A DNA stretch of 63,567 nucleotides, the filler included, from Reclinomonas americana ATCC 50394 (taxonomy: Eukaryota), in the NCBI GenBank assembly GCA_048213135.1. It is 7 parts of 4 records of this genome, joined end to end, with 100 filler letters (N's around TTAATTAATTAA, not from the genome) between each part and the next. Parts side by side here need not be neighbours in the genome. Positions count along the whole stretch, not along the records: positions 23,284 to 31,833 come from PS015768.1; positions 31,934 to 41,880 come from PS015768.1; 5 more parts are not named here. The stretch is one strand, 5' to 3'. The notes beneath the pieces are model-generated. The model made no database searches and had not been told where the DNA came from. It was given only the letters and a program-made list of their open reading frames with translations. Shown piece by piece: positions 23,490 through 35,938 of this stretch (position 1 is the stretch's first letter; every line of letters begins with the position of its first letter). The position numbers were made by a program, and so were the translations under genes.

Positions 23490-24294
23490 TCACGAGCGCT
23501 TCGGCTGCAACGTGCGCAGCGCCACCACCGACAGGCCGAGACCAACGATGCAAATGGCGGTGAATGCCAGCAGACCCTCCCACACGGTGCCGTCGGAGAG
23601 CGTCTCTGCCACGCGCGCACCGTACTCGCGACACACATCGCGTGCATGCAGTTGCTCCGTGCTCTGCAAGTACAGAAGCCCCAGTGGCGTGGCCCACTGC
23701 GCGCCCACGTACCCGTCAGCACGTGAAGAGGGAGAGGGAGAGGAAGGAGAGGGAGGAGAGGGAGAGAGAGGAGAAGGAGGGGCGGAGGACGGAGAGAAAG
23801 AGGTGGCGAGAGAGAGAGAGAATGCAGATGCAAATGACAAAAATGTGATCGAGAGAGAGAGAGAGAATGCAGATGCAAATGCAAAAATGTGATCGCCTCT
23901 CTCTTTCCCCCTTCGCTCTCTCCCTCTCCCTCTCTTCCCTTCTCTTCTCTCCTCGCTCACACGCAACGTTGCCAGCGCGCTCGACAAACGCCCAAATGTG
24001 CTCTCCAGCCAGCGGGCGAATCGCGGCCGTGGCAAACGCCCACGCGACGCACCACGCCGTGACAACCGAGCACGGGTAGAAGAGCGTGCCAAAGCCGACG
24101 ACGATATCGAGAAGGCCAATGAGTGGCATGAGAACGCGACCCTGCGCGGTGGTGAAGCCACCCGCGTGTAGATACGTGATCCACTTGCTCAACTCAATGC
24201 CGCGGAAGGCCAGCCATCCGTGGCCCACAAACGTGCCGCACACGCCGATGCGGAGGAGAAGATCGAGAGGCAGCGAGGCCACAGATTGCAACAT
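23490..24294 (-). CDS. Bacterial-type DoxX-like multi-pass membrane protein, one intron (about 23697-23967)
   Basis: LLRIGVCGTFVGHG..W..Y..LMPLIGLLDIVVG..P....AWCVAWAFATAAIRPLAGEHIWAFVERAGN|WATPLGLL, plus an extra C-terminal TM helix. Confidence 0.7.
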
Positions 24295-24693
24295 AGGGGA
24301 AAGTTTTTCCGACGAATTGTTCGAAACGCGAAAAATCAGTGTTTTTTATCTCCCCCGTCTCTCCGCGGAGTGCCGTGCACACACTGTGCCGGTGTCGTGG
24401 TCGTGTGTGGCCGATCTGATGCAACCGCTTGCTTTGCAGCTGCAATATCGAAACTCCTGATATCTTGACGGCGATGCAAGCGTGGCCGTACGCGTGTCCA
24501 TCACACTCGCCGCATGACCACCTCTCTATAACTGCGTGACATGGCGCATATCGCTTGCGCGCATCTGCGAGAACATTTGACGATTGTTCGTTCGACATTG
24601 TCGGAGCCCGTGTCGGAGCGCACTCCGAGTGTCTGACTGTCTAGAATCTTCGCAGCTTACTCGCGATATTTTGTTGTCCCGTGAGAGCGCAAG

Positions 24694-27600
24694 ATGGCTG
24701 TTGTGCTTCCTGCTGCCGCTGTTGCTGATGCAAGTGCCTGCGAGGTGATCACCGCTGATCCATGGCGCAAGAACCTGCGTGGTGGAGACGCCGACAAGGA
24801 GCTGGTGCAAGAGGAGCGGCCACAGTTGCGCGTGACATTGCACGTTTGGTGGTCAGCGACTCGCTCTCTGACTCTCTCTCTCTCTTTGCGACGCAACAGA
24901 TGGTGGTGGACGGGGTTGAGCCCGAACTGCGCGGAGGTGGCTGCCATGCAGGCGCAGCTGCACTCGTCGCCGCATGCGTCGCCACCAAAGCGTTTTGTAA
25001 TTGAACACGACGCCGATGATGATGATGTGTTGCCGGCGAGTGGCGACGAGTCCGTGCTGCAGCAGTTGCCGCCGCAGCCGGTGCTGACGTGCTCCAAGGC
25101 CACACTGCGCGCATACTTTGATGCCACGTGGCTGGCCACGGAGGTCAGTTGCTGTCTGCGTGTTGTGTGCGACTTTTTTTTTTGTGCGCCGCAGAACTTC
25201 TCAATCAATTTTCTCATAGATGCTCTTTTCGGGTCTCAATGGCGAGGAGGCGTTTTATCGCCCGCCCAGCCATGGCTTGCGGTGAGTGCCGTCAGTCATC
25301 CTCTCTGTGTGTGATTCTTTCGGGAGTCTTTTTAGATGCAGTAACCTCCGTCAAGCTCCGACATAATCTAATTTGTGGGTTATTCTCTTCTCTAGACACC
25401 CGCTGGTCTTTTACCTCGGTCACGTGGCGTGTTTCTATGTCAACAAGCTGCGCTTGTCGCGCGCCATTGATATGCCGATCAATCAGGAGTTTGAGCTGCT
25501 GTTCGAGGTCGGCGTCGATGAGATGCAGTGGGATGATTTGAGCAAGAACGAGAGCAGCTGGCCGACGATTCGTGAGGTGTGTTTGTGCCTCCGTCGCTTG
25601 TGTGTTTTTTCTTTGGACGCGCTGACTTCTCCCGCGCCTGCAGCTGGTCGACTACCGCCGCGAGGTCTACAAGATGGTGGTGGACGTGATTGAGAAGAAC
25701 CCGCAAGTCTGCAATGGCGACCAGCCGCATCCGCACGAGCGCTCCATCACCTGGGCGCTGTTCATGGCCATTGAGCACGAGCACATTCACTTTGAGACGT
25801 CGTCGGTGCTCATTCGCCAGGTGTGTGTGTGTGTGTGTGGAAACGTGCGCTGTTTGTGTGACCAGCCGCCCGCTCATGAAAAACTTCTATATCTGCAGCT
25901 TCCGCTGGCACTGGTGCACCCGCCGGCGCAGTTCCCGCGCCCGTTCCCGCTCAAGGTCGACGCCCCGATTGTCGACCCGCGCGAGGGTGTGGACTACCCG
26001 GCCAACCCGCTGATCACTGGCACGGCCGAGGCCGTCGATGTGACGATTGGCAAGCCGCTCAATTTTGCCACGTACGGCTGGGACTGCGAGTACGGCACAC
26101 GCACGTCGCGAGTGGCGCCATTCTCTGCCACCACCTTCAAGATCACCAACGGCGAGTACTATCAGTTTGTGGTCGCCGGCGGCTACCACATGCGCCAGTA
26201 CTGGTCGGAGAAGGGCTGGGGTTGGCGCTCGTTCCGCAACACGCGGCATCCCGAGTTCTGGGTACTGGAGGGACCCAACGACCTGCACCACTACCGCCTG
26301 CGGCACACGTGGGAGGAGGTGCCGATGCAGTGGGACCTGCCAGTGATTGTCAACTACCACGAGGCCAAGGCGTACGCGGCATGGCGCAGCGAACTGGACG
26401 GCAAGGTTTGCACCACAGAGATGGAGGTGGCCCACTGGCATCATTTCTTTGGTTACCCACTGCCCCTCCCGCACACAGTCATACCGCCTGCTCACCGAGT
26501 ACGAGCACAAGGTGCTGGCCGGCAATCGTCTGCCGGAGGCGCGAGTGGAGGATGAGGTAGTGCTGCGCTACGACGGCGAGGATATCGCCGAGCACACCGG
26601 CTACAACCTGCAGTTGGCGTACGGATCGGAGTCATCGGTGACGGCCGGCAAGCCGTCGCCAGCTGGCTTCTACGATGTGTACGGCAACGTGTGGGAGTGG
26701 ACGGAGACCGTGATGGAGCAACTGGAGAGCTACAAGCCAAATCCGCTGTACTTTGACTTTAGCCAGCCATGCTGCGATGGCATGCATCACATGATCATCG
26801 GAGGCTCCTTTGTGTCCGGCGGCAACCTCGCCAGCATGTACGCGCGCTACCACTTCCGCCCGCACTTCCACCAGCACTCGGGCTTCCGCTTGGTGTTGCC
26901 GCTGGTGCGTTTTTCTTTCAAGATATTGCCCTTGCGCGTTCCCAGCCGCTCACTTTTCCTCTTTCCGTGCAGGAGGAGGCCAAGATCGACGATGTCGATT
27001 TCTACGAGCAGACGCAGACCCTCAACGACTACCTGCAGTTCCACTACGCCTCGTTCGAGTACCTGTATCCGTACTCGTCGGTGGTGCCGGGCATGGAGCA
27101 GGTGTTTGACTTTGCTCGCCGGTGTGGTGAGAAGGTGACGGAGTGGGTGGACAAGTTGGGCATCCCGGCACACCGCGCACTCGACCTCGGCTGCGCTGTC
27201 GGTTTGTTTTTGTGTGTGGTGCATTTTCTTCTTGATGTGGTGCATAGAGTCTCATTTGTATGTACCTGCAGGGCGCTCATCGTTCGAGATGGCTCGCCGC
27301 TTCGATCAGGTCGTGGGCATTGACTTTAGCAAGAACTTTATCGACGCCTGCAAGGCCCTGCGTGCTGGTGCGTGAGAGGGAGGAGGAGCGGAAAGTGTTT
27401 TTTCCGCGAGACCACTCACTTTTTTCTCTACTCAGGTGGCGCGTTGCAATTCAAGGCACTGGTCGAGGGCAGCCTGTTTGACACGCTGACGGCGCAAGTC
27501 GACTCGGCGATTGATCGCTCCCGCACCGATTTCGAGACTGGCGACGCATGTGCACTGCGCGCCGACCTCGGTGACTTTGATGCGGTGCTGATGGCCAATC

Positions 27601-28042
27601 TCATTTGCCGGTGAGTGGAGGGAGGATCAAAAGCATAACCTGCATGCATTGACAAGCGTACTCACCTTGCGTTGGTATCTGCGTGCAGCCTGCCGAATCC
27701 AATGGACTGCTTGGATCGCGCTCCTGGGCTGGTCAGACCAGGTGGTCTGCTGGTGCTGACGACACCATTCTCGTGGCTCGAGCAGTTCACACCCGTCGAC
27801 AAGTGGCTCGGCGCGCGCGAGATTGACGGGCAGCGTGTGGCCTCGGTCGACGCACTGAAGGCCGTGCTCGCCCCGAACTTTGAGTTGCTGGAGGAGCGAC
27901 CGGTGAGTGCGGCGACAATGTGAGTATTCGATGACAGGCACATGCTGACAACACGTATCCACAGTTCCCGATGCTCATTCGCGACCACGTCCGCAAGTTC
28001 CAATTCACCTTCCCTCTCCTGACAGTGTGGCGCCGACGCTAA
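24694..28042 (+). CDS. ovoA: 5-histidylcysteine sulfoxide synthase / methyltransferase (ovothiol synthase), multi-exon
   Basis: DinB-like domain [21 protein letters not shown], Fe-binding [19 protein letters not shown]-like domain [56 protein letters not shown] domain [40 protein letters not shown]. Confidence 0.96.
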
Positions 28043-28292
28043 TATAGCGTTCGTGAACTCGCCTGCTGTGTAATTTGTTTGTGTTTTTGTTGAGTATTTC
28101 AAACAAGTGCGTAAGCTTTTTTCCCCCACAAGTTGTGTGTTTTCTTTTCCTGCGATGTTTCCATGCGTACGATCCAACGATCCTAAAGTAAAATCAATGT
28201 TGTTAGTCAAGAGTTCTTGACCCAAGTGATCATGATATTTGATGATGAATTTTCATGTTAACGGCCTCACTTGTGTGCAGACTGAGAAAAGC

Positions 28293-30259
28293 ATGAGCTC
28301 GAAGGAGCTGTCGACGAACCCGGCCGACGTGACGGTGGAGCGACCGAGTGAGGTGACTGAGCTGCACTTTGCGGGCCGCAACCTGACCGAGCTCGACGCC
28401 AACCTGCGCCACTTTGTCAATCTGGAAACACTGTGGATCAACGACAATCGACTGACGTCGCTGGATGGGCTCGTGGAGGCACCGCCCCCGCGCAGTGCGT
28501 CTGCGGTGGAGAAGAAGAAGCCACTGGGGTGCGTGTGTGTGTATGCCTCTCTCTCTGTCGCGTCTCCTCCTCCTCCACTCATGCAATGATGACAGTTGTT
28601 TCCGGCTAAAGGAACTGCTGGCGCACAACAATGCACTGGCGCGACTGGATGCGCTGGAGGCTGTGGGCTTCCTGGAGGTGCTTTCGTTGTACAACAATCG
28701 CCTGCGCGATCTGGACGAGACGCTCGGCTGGATCGGGCATCTGAAGCACTTGCGCAAGCTTGGTGCGTCGGTCTTTTTGTGAGTGCGACGGCGAGAGGCT
28801 CGATCGAGAGTGTGTGACTGTCTGCCTGTGCAGATCTGTTTGGGAACCCGGCGGCCGAGGAGAACAACTATCGTTTGCGCGTGATTTACACGTTTCCGGC
28901 CCTCGACGTGCTCGATCGGCATGGTACTGCTGCTGCTTCCTGACATACTGCTGCCGCCGCTGTGAAACGAGGACTCACTCTCTCACTCACCTGTGCAGTC
29001 GTGCACGACGAGGAGCGCTTGGAGGCGAGGAAGCTGTTTGAAAAGGTGTCTTGCGCGAGCGAGCGAGAGCAAGTGTTGTCTGTGCACACAGGAAACTGAA
29101 ATCCGAAAACGCTGCGTGCATGCAGGGTGGAGAGCTGGAGTTTGCATTCATGCAGCGAGTGACGGACGATCTGAGACCACAAAGGGTCCGCGGTGGTGCG
29201 ATGAGTGTGCTGGAGTGCGAGTTGCAGGCCAAGGCGGAGCGGATTGAAAAGGAACGCGTCGATGCCGAGGCGCGGGTTTTGCAGGAGGCACGAGATGCCA
29301 TTGCCAAGGTGCGAGGCGGGGGGTGTAGTGGAATGCGTTGCGAAGTGGCACTTGCTAACAGTTCGGAACAGGAGATGGAAAAGTACGAGCACGTCATGGC
29401 TCCAAAGGCCACGCCGGTGCCGCTGAGCAACGCCGAGTTGGCGAAACAGGCCGAGTGGAACGAGCACTTTACCGCCGACGACATGAAGGCGCTGACAGGT
29501 ACGGCGCACCTGTGTGTGTCTCCCTCCTCTTTTATCACGTCCACCGACACACACGCACATGCAGACGCCTATGCGAGTGCCGGTGGTGCAGGGGTGTCGC
29601 TGAATACGGCGGTTCGGATGTTGGAAAATTGGCACATTTGTTGCGCTTATTCTCTCTTCGCTGTATCCCAACCCTCTCCTCCGAAATACCTGCTCACGTG
29701 CCTTTTCCTCCAATGCGCACAGACGACGTCCCAGAGGTCGAGTGCGCACGTGTGTTGTCGGATTCGGGTGCACCCTCGGCCGACAATGTCACCATGGCGC
29801 AGCTGCTGGCCGGTGTGTTGGCATCGTCGTGGATTCTGCGCAGGCTGGGTGAGCGATATCAGCGACTCAGTCGGGAACTGCTTGCCTCCGGCAACAGCGA
29901 CTCCTGTTGCGTCTTTTCGCAGCGTCTGCGACTGCCTCTCGGAGTTTCATGCGCCAATAGCAACTCATTGCAATTGTGCTGAATAGCGCTGAAACACGGA
30001 CAGCGTGCTGTCAAGCTGAGCATGCGAGCATCGCGCATCGAAAAGCAGGAGAACGAGGCCGCCGAGCGACGGCAGCGCGAACTGGCCAACGAGCACGTCA
30101 AAACGTTGCGTACAAGCCGCATTTGGCGAATACACCCGCTTTCGCTCACTCTCTCAATCTCTCCACCCCATACATACATACAGCGGCGATGTAGTACTCC
30201 GACACATCTATCACGCGCAGCACGACGAGCGCGCCGCCACCGAAGCCGATGTTGCGTAA
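28293..30259 (+). CDS. LRRC72-like leucine-rich repeat protein with LRRcap and coiled-coil tail
   Basis: FVNLETLWINDNRLTSLDG, LEVLSLYNNRLRDL, LDLFGNPAAEENNYRLRVIYTFPALDVLDRH..EER. Confidence 0.8.
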
Positions 30260-30679
30260 ACACCCAAGAGAAAAAGAGGAATATCGTACACCACACCGCG
30301 CGTTCGAACTAATCTGTTTTCCGTATGATCATGCAGCTGTTTGCCGCTCGCCAGTCGGCCTCGTCTACCATCCAGCTCGATGCGCAGCACTACAAGGATC
30401 GACTAGCACGCGAGGCGCGCGCCACTCTAACGCGCGCCAAGCGAGTAATCAAGTGAAAAACAAACAACATAGCGTGCAAACGCAAACCAAGATTCTTTCC
30501 TTGTGTTTTCAGTGAATCTCCAAGTGGCGCGCGCGCTTGAGCGAGAGCAAAAGACACGACGAGTAACACAGAGAGCAGTGTGTGTGCGCACGTGCTTATC
30601 CACACGACATTGTGTGCGATCATCCCGCCACCGCGCACTCTCCTCTCCGTGGTCAAATCGGGAGAGGAAGAACAACAGG

Positions 30680-31833
30680 ATGGAGACACACGCTGTGTTG
30701 CGTGGCCACCACGGACAGCGAGTGAGCTGTGTGGCCTTCTCCTCGCCCTCCACAGACCCCTCTGCTCCACTGTGGCTACTGGTGAGCTCCCAATGCCGCA
30801 GAGAAGCAAAAAAAACAGACACCAACTGACGTTTGTATGTCTGTGCGTGCGCGCGCAGGCCTCCTCCGCGCATGACAGAAGCATCTGTGTGTGGCAGCAC
30901 GTGGAGAAGGCAGCAGCAGCAGCAGCTGGGGAGGAGCACCAGGTGGACCACTGGCAGTGGACACTGGCGCATCGGATTGGAGACGCGCACCGCGATTGGG
31001 GAGCTCTCACTCTGTGCTTCTCTGTTGACGGCTCCACGCTGTTCAGTGGAGGCGGACTCACCGATCATGATGTTAAGTCGTGGTCTCTGCGAGGGGCGGG
31101 CGCCGAGGTGCAGAACGCGTTGTGTACGGCCACGGTATGTGTGGTGGGAAGCAATCAAAAAAAGAAAAACGATGCGATTTTTGAGAAGCTGAGTCTCTCT
31201 CTTCGCTTCGTGCAGGGTCACACGGGCGCCATCAGCGGTCTCTGTGTGAGTCCCAATGGGGAGTTACTGGCTTCGGCTGGCTACGACGCAACTGTGCGAC
31301 TGTGGAACGTGGCCGACGCCAGCAACATCACAAGCGACACTGTATTTCCGACACACGGAGCGGAAACGTATTACGAGGTTTGCCGCACGCACTCTCTCTT
31401 CTTGTGCGTACGCTTGGGGCGCTTACTGGGAGCACAGGATGTGGCTTTTTCGCCGTGCGGCACCACGCTGACTTCGGTCTCCGACGATGGCTTTATTCGC
31501 ATCTACAATGTTCCCGATCGACAACTCGTGCGTCGCGTCGGCGGACACACGGGCGAGGTGCGTGGACGCGCGCGCTTGAAGTCGTTGCGAGAGAAGTGCT
31601 CACAAGGAAAGGAGTTCGCGCAGGTGTGGGCCATCACGTACGCTCCCAGTGGGTGGATGGTGACATGCGGCGAAGATTCGAGTCTCTTTCTGTGGCACGA
31701 GGACAATGGCTTGGCCGAACCGACTCGTATTGTGCCGTCGCCGCACGAGGAGACGTGCACCGACCTGTCGCACTCGGACGACGGCAATCGCCTTGTGTGT
31801 TCCTCGTGGGACGGCAGTGTCAGCGTGTGGCAT
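30680..31833 (+). CDS. WD40 repeat protein, truncated at a linker
   Basis: LRGHHGQRVSCVAFS; GHTGAISGLCVSPNGELLASAGYDATVRLWN; GHTGEVWAITY; SSWDGSVSVWH. Confidence 0.9.
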
Positions 31834-31990
31834 NNNNNNNNNNNNNNNNNNNNNNNNNNNNNNNNNNNNNNNNNNNNTTAATTAATTAANNNNNNNNNNN
31901 NNNNNNNNNNNNNNNNNNNNNNNNNNNNNNNNNCGAGATTATACCGCCATCAATTCTCTGTGCCATCTGTCTACCTGCTGCCTGTCGAGC

Positions 31991-32865
31991 TCAATCAGCA
32001 TCGCTATCACTATCAGCCCCACCAGTAGCAGCAGTCGGCAAATCCCGCTCATTGACGGCATCGGCCAGCGCGGTACCCAAGGCGTCCACGCCCTCCGCCT
32101 CCAACTTGGCCTCTGCAACAATAACGCGTCAGTCGACAGCTCCACGAGGGCGACGCGCGCGCGCTCACATGCTCACGACTCAACTGACGAGGTCAATGAC
32201 AGCCTGCTGCGTGCGTCGCTCCAGCTTGGCCAGCTTCTTGGCCACCAGTCGCTTCAGATCGGCATTGGCTTGCGTGGGAGCCACGCTCAACACGCTCTCC
32301 TGTTGTTGCGTTGAGACACAGACAGACAGGCAGACAACCCACAGAACACACCTCCTTCTTTTCGGCCTCCAATCGCTGCTTCACTTGCAACATCGTCGGC
32401 GCAATGTGCGGCTCCAGCGATGGCACCTCCATCTTGGCCAACTTGGCCTTCTTCAGCTCCTCATGACGCGGATTGTAGTTGCGGAAGCGCAATGTCGGTG
32501 CCTCTCCTCCCTCACTGCACACAGTGTAAGAGACGAGCGACGGGAGAGAGAGAGAGAGAGAAGGCGCGCGTGCGCAACTCGTCAGCCGCCTCATCAGCAT
32601 CGTCCACTTGCATGTGACCCCGCTGCGCCTCTCCTGCCTCCCCATCTGCCTGCTCCTCTTCATCATCATCTTGCACAACAGAGGCCGGCACTCCACCAGC
32701 AGCCGCACCCAACACAGTGCCCAAGAACAAGTCTGCAGGATCAGTCTCTGCACTGCGCTTGCCCAGTGCTGCTGCAGTTGCTGGCGCCGTTGCTGTCTGC
32801 TCAGCCTGCTCGCGCATTGCTCGCAGACGCGCACGTCGTTGCGCAGGTGTCTCTGTTGCCGCCAT
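31991..32865 (-). CDS. CCDC12: Spliceosomal protein Cwf18/CCDC12
   Basis: QRRARLRAMR, LRFRNYNP, VAPTQANADLKRLVAKKLAKLERRTQQAVIDL. Confidence 0.88.
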
Positions 32866-33122
32866 TCGTGTGTGTGAGTGAGAGTGTGGACAGATTGGCG
32901 CTGAGTCACGGGAAGTCGTTGGCACTTTGTCCCACTCGCCGATCCGGTTGCACGCGTGCTGTAGCATATCGGAGAACACACTACAGAGAGTGGAGAGAGC
33001 AGCAGACGCGTTGAACACACATACACGCGCGCCACACTCAGCGAGCTTGTCTTGTTTTTTATTGTGTCCGTTTGTTGTCTTGTTGAGTGTTTGAGTGATA
33101 GACGAATCGTCAACCGTATTGA

Positions 33123-35804
33123 ATGGGTCGACGATGGGGAGCAGGAGCAGCAGCAGGAGGAACAGCAGCACCCAGGCGAGACACTGATGATGGTGATGAC
33201 TCTGTGTCCGAAGACGACGACGACGACGACGAGGATGGCGATGATGAGTACCGACAGCCGAGACCACCACCGCCATTAGCGGTGAGGCGAGGCCTTGGTG
33301 GTGTGCAGAGCGGAGGGCTGTTGCGAGTGGAGCAGGACGACGACGATGGAGGCATGATCATGCTCACACCGCCGGGACGGGCGGCGGGGCGCATGCAGGC
33401 GGCTCGCGCACTCGGTGGTGGCGGTGGCGATGATGATGATGATGATGCCAGTGGGCGACGAAGGCGCTCGAGGAGTAATAGCTTGACGAGAGGGCACAGC
33501 AGCAGTGGATCGGATGCCGAGGGTGGGCGCGGTCGCGGTCCGTCAGCGACCGCAGCAGCCGGAGGAGCGGCAGCTGCGGCCACAGGTGGTGGTNNNNNNN
33601 NNNNNNNNNNNNNNNNNNNNNNNNNNNNNNNNNNNNNNNNNNNNNNNNNNNNNNNNNNNNNNNNNNNNNNNNNNNNNNNNNNNNNNNNNNNNNNNNNNNN
33701 NNNNNNNNNNNNNNNNNNNNNNNNNNNNNNNNNNNNNNNNNNNNNNNNNNNNNNNNNNNNNNNNNNNNNNNNNNNNNNNNNNNNNNNNNNNNNNNNNNNN
33801 NNNNNNNNNNNNNNNNNNNNNNNNNNNNNNNNNNNNNNNNNNNNNNNNNNNNNNNNNNNNNNNNNNNNNNNNNNNNNNNNNNNNNNNNNNNNNNNNNNNN
33901 NNNNNNNNNNNNNNNNNNNNNNNNNNNNNNNNNNNNNNNNNNNNNNNNNNNNNNNNNNNNNNNNNNNNNNNNNNNNNNNNNNNNNNNNNNNNNNNNNNNN
34001 NNNNNNNNNNNNNNNNNNNNNNNNNNNNNNNNNNNNNNNNNNNNNNNNNNNNNNNNNNNNNNNNNNNNNNNNNNNNNNNNNNNNNNNNNNNNNNNNNNNN
34101 NNNNNNNNNNNNNNNNNNNNNNNNNNNNNNNNNNNNNNNNNNNNNNNNNNNNNNNNNNNNNNNNNNNNNNNNNNNNNNNNNNNNNNNNNNNNNNNNNNNN
34201 NNNNNNNNNNNNNNNNNNNNNNNNNNNNNNNNNNNNNNNNNNNNNNNNNNNNNNNNNNNNNNNNNNNNNNNNNNNNNNNNNNNNNNNNNNNNNNNNNNNN
34301 NNNNNNNNNNNNNNNNNNNNNNNNNNNNNNNNNNNNNNNNNNNNNNNNNNNNNNNNNNNNNNNNNNNNNNCAACACAAAGCAATGGGTGAGGTTTGCGCG
34401 AGGTGTGTGTGGCGATGATTCTTAACTTGGTGGTGATGCAGGGCTTCCGCCGCTTTGACGAAAAGGACATTCCGTTCCCCTCGTATCACACCAACCCAAA
34501 CATCAAGTGCGTACCGCGCTCCTTGCGTCTGTTGTCCGTGTGTCGCGACTCAACTGTGTTGCCTCAGAAAATCCCGATTTCCGTCTCGGTGGCTGGAGGT
34601 CGAGGGTTCCAAGATCGAACAGCCTCTTTCGTTGCGCACTGTAGGGGTTTGTACGTTCCCTTCCGCTCTTACTCATCACTCCACACCCGCCAGTGCACCG
34701 CGTATGCGTCGTGGGCCACGAAGGGAACGACTGCTCGAGCAACTAAGACAGCGCAGTCGCTCTCGATGGGCACGCTTCAAGACGTGGTTCCGTAACGTGT
34801 TCTCACGGTGCTTTGGCAAGGACGAAAAGTTCGAAGCCGAAGCCAAGGAGGAGTTGCTGTCGGAAGTGCAGGTGAGCGCCTTCTCGTCGCGGTGTCGTTT
34901 GCTGCCGTCTCTCACATTTCGCGTTGCAGAGGTACAATTTGTCGTACCAAGATCTTGGCGATGGGTTCCAGAACTCGCAGCTGCTAAGAGTACTGCGAGA
35001 GACAGAGCGCGCCACGGACCTGAACCTGTCACACAACCGCATTTACCAGAGCATGGCCGGCGTCCGGTTACCGCACCTGCAGATCCTCAACCTGTCGCAC
35101 AACGAGTTGACCACGTTCAAGTACCTGCCGATGGCCCCAAAGCTGCGTGTGCTCTACATGTCGGACAACCACTGCAAGACCTTGGAGGGCCTGGAGAAGT
35201 TCCCGACACTGGAGGAATTGTGGCTGGAGGGCAATCCCGTATGTTGGGACGACGACTTTCTCGACAGGTTTGTGTCGCTGCGGGAGTGGAGCCACACAAG
35301 GGGGAGGAGCGGATTGTCTTACAGTGCCCCGTTGCACACGCGCACAGACTACGAGCCATACTGCCAGCACTGCGGCTGGTCAATGGCGAGCTGGTGGTGG
35401 AGCTGGACGACATTGCCAAGATCTCGGGCATGTCGCCGGCGCACGGTGGTGCGCAGTACGAGAACCACTTCTGGGAAGAAGAGGAGGAGTACGAGGAAGA
35501 AGACGAGGAGGAGGACGGCGAGGACGATGTGATGGAATTCGACGACGAGGGTGAGGGCGTCGGCGGCAGCGGTGGCGTCACGCACGGACACGCCACTCGC
35601 GGTCGCAACGGCTTTTTGCACGGCAACGGTTTCGCTTCGGGCCATCGGAGACACGGCGGCGGCGGTAGTAGCGATGGCGACGACGACGACGACGATGGTG
35701 GTGGTGGCGATAGCGGCGAGTATGAAGAGCGGCTGTCGAGTGCCGACACTCGGATACGTGACTCGCGAATCCATTCGCGAGCTGCTGGTGCTGCTGCCCC
35801 CTAG
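33123..35804 (+). CDS. LRR protein with acidic tail (ANP32-related/SDS22-like), spans a gap
   Basis: YNLSYQDLGD, LNLSHNRI, LQILNLSHNELTTF, LEELWLEGNPV, LRAILPALRLVNG, poly-E/D tail; linkage of the N-terminal exon across 33594-34370 is assumed. Confidence 0.7.
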
Positions 35805-35938
35805 TTTAGTGATGGTACCCTTTTATTTATTCAGTACTCCTGTTTTGCGTAATATACACCAAAGCGCGTCGACGACAAGACAGAGAGACAGGGCGACGGA
35901 AGTCCGGTCCTGCATTGCAGTATTATCGCTTTTCTCCA

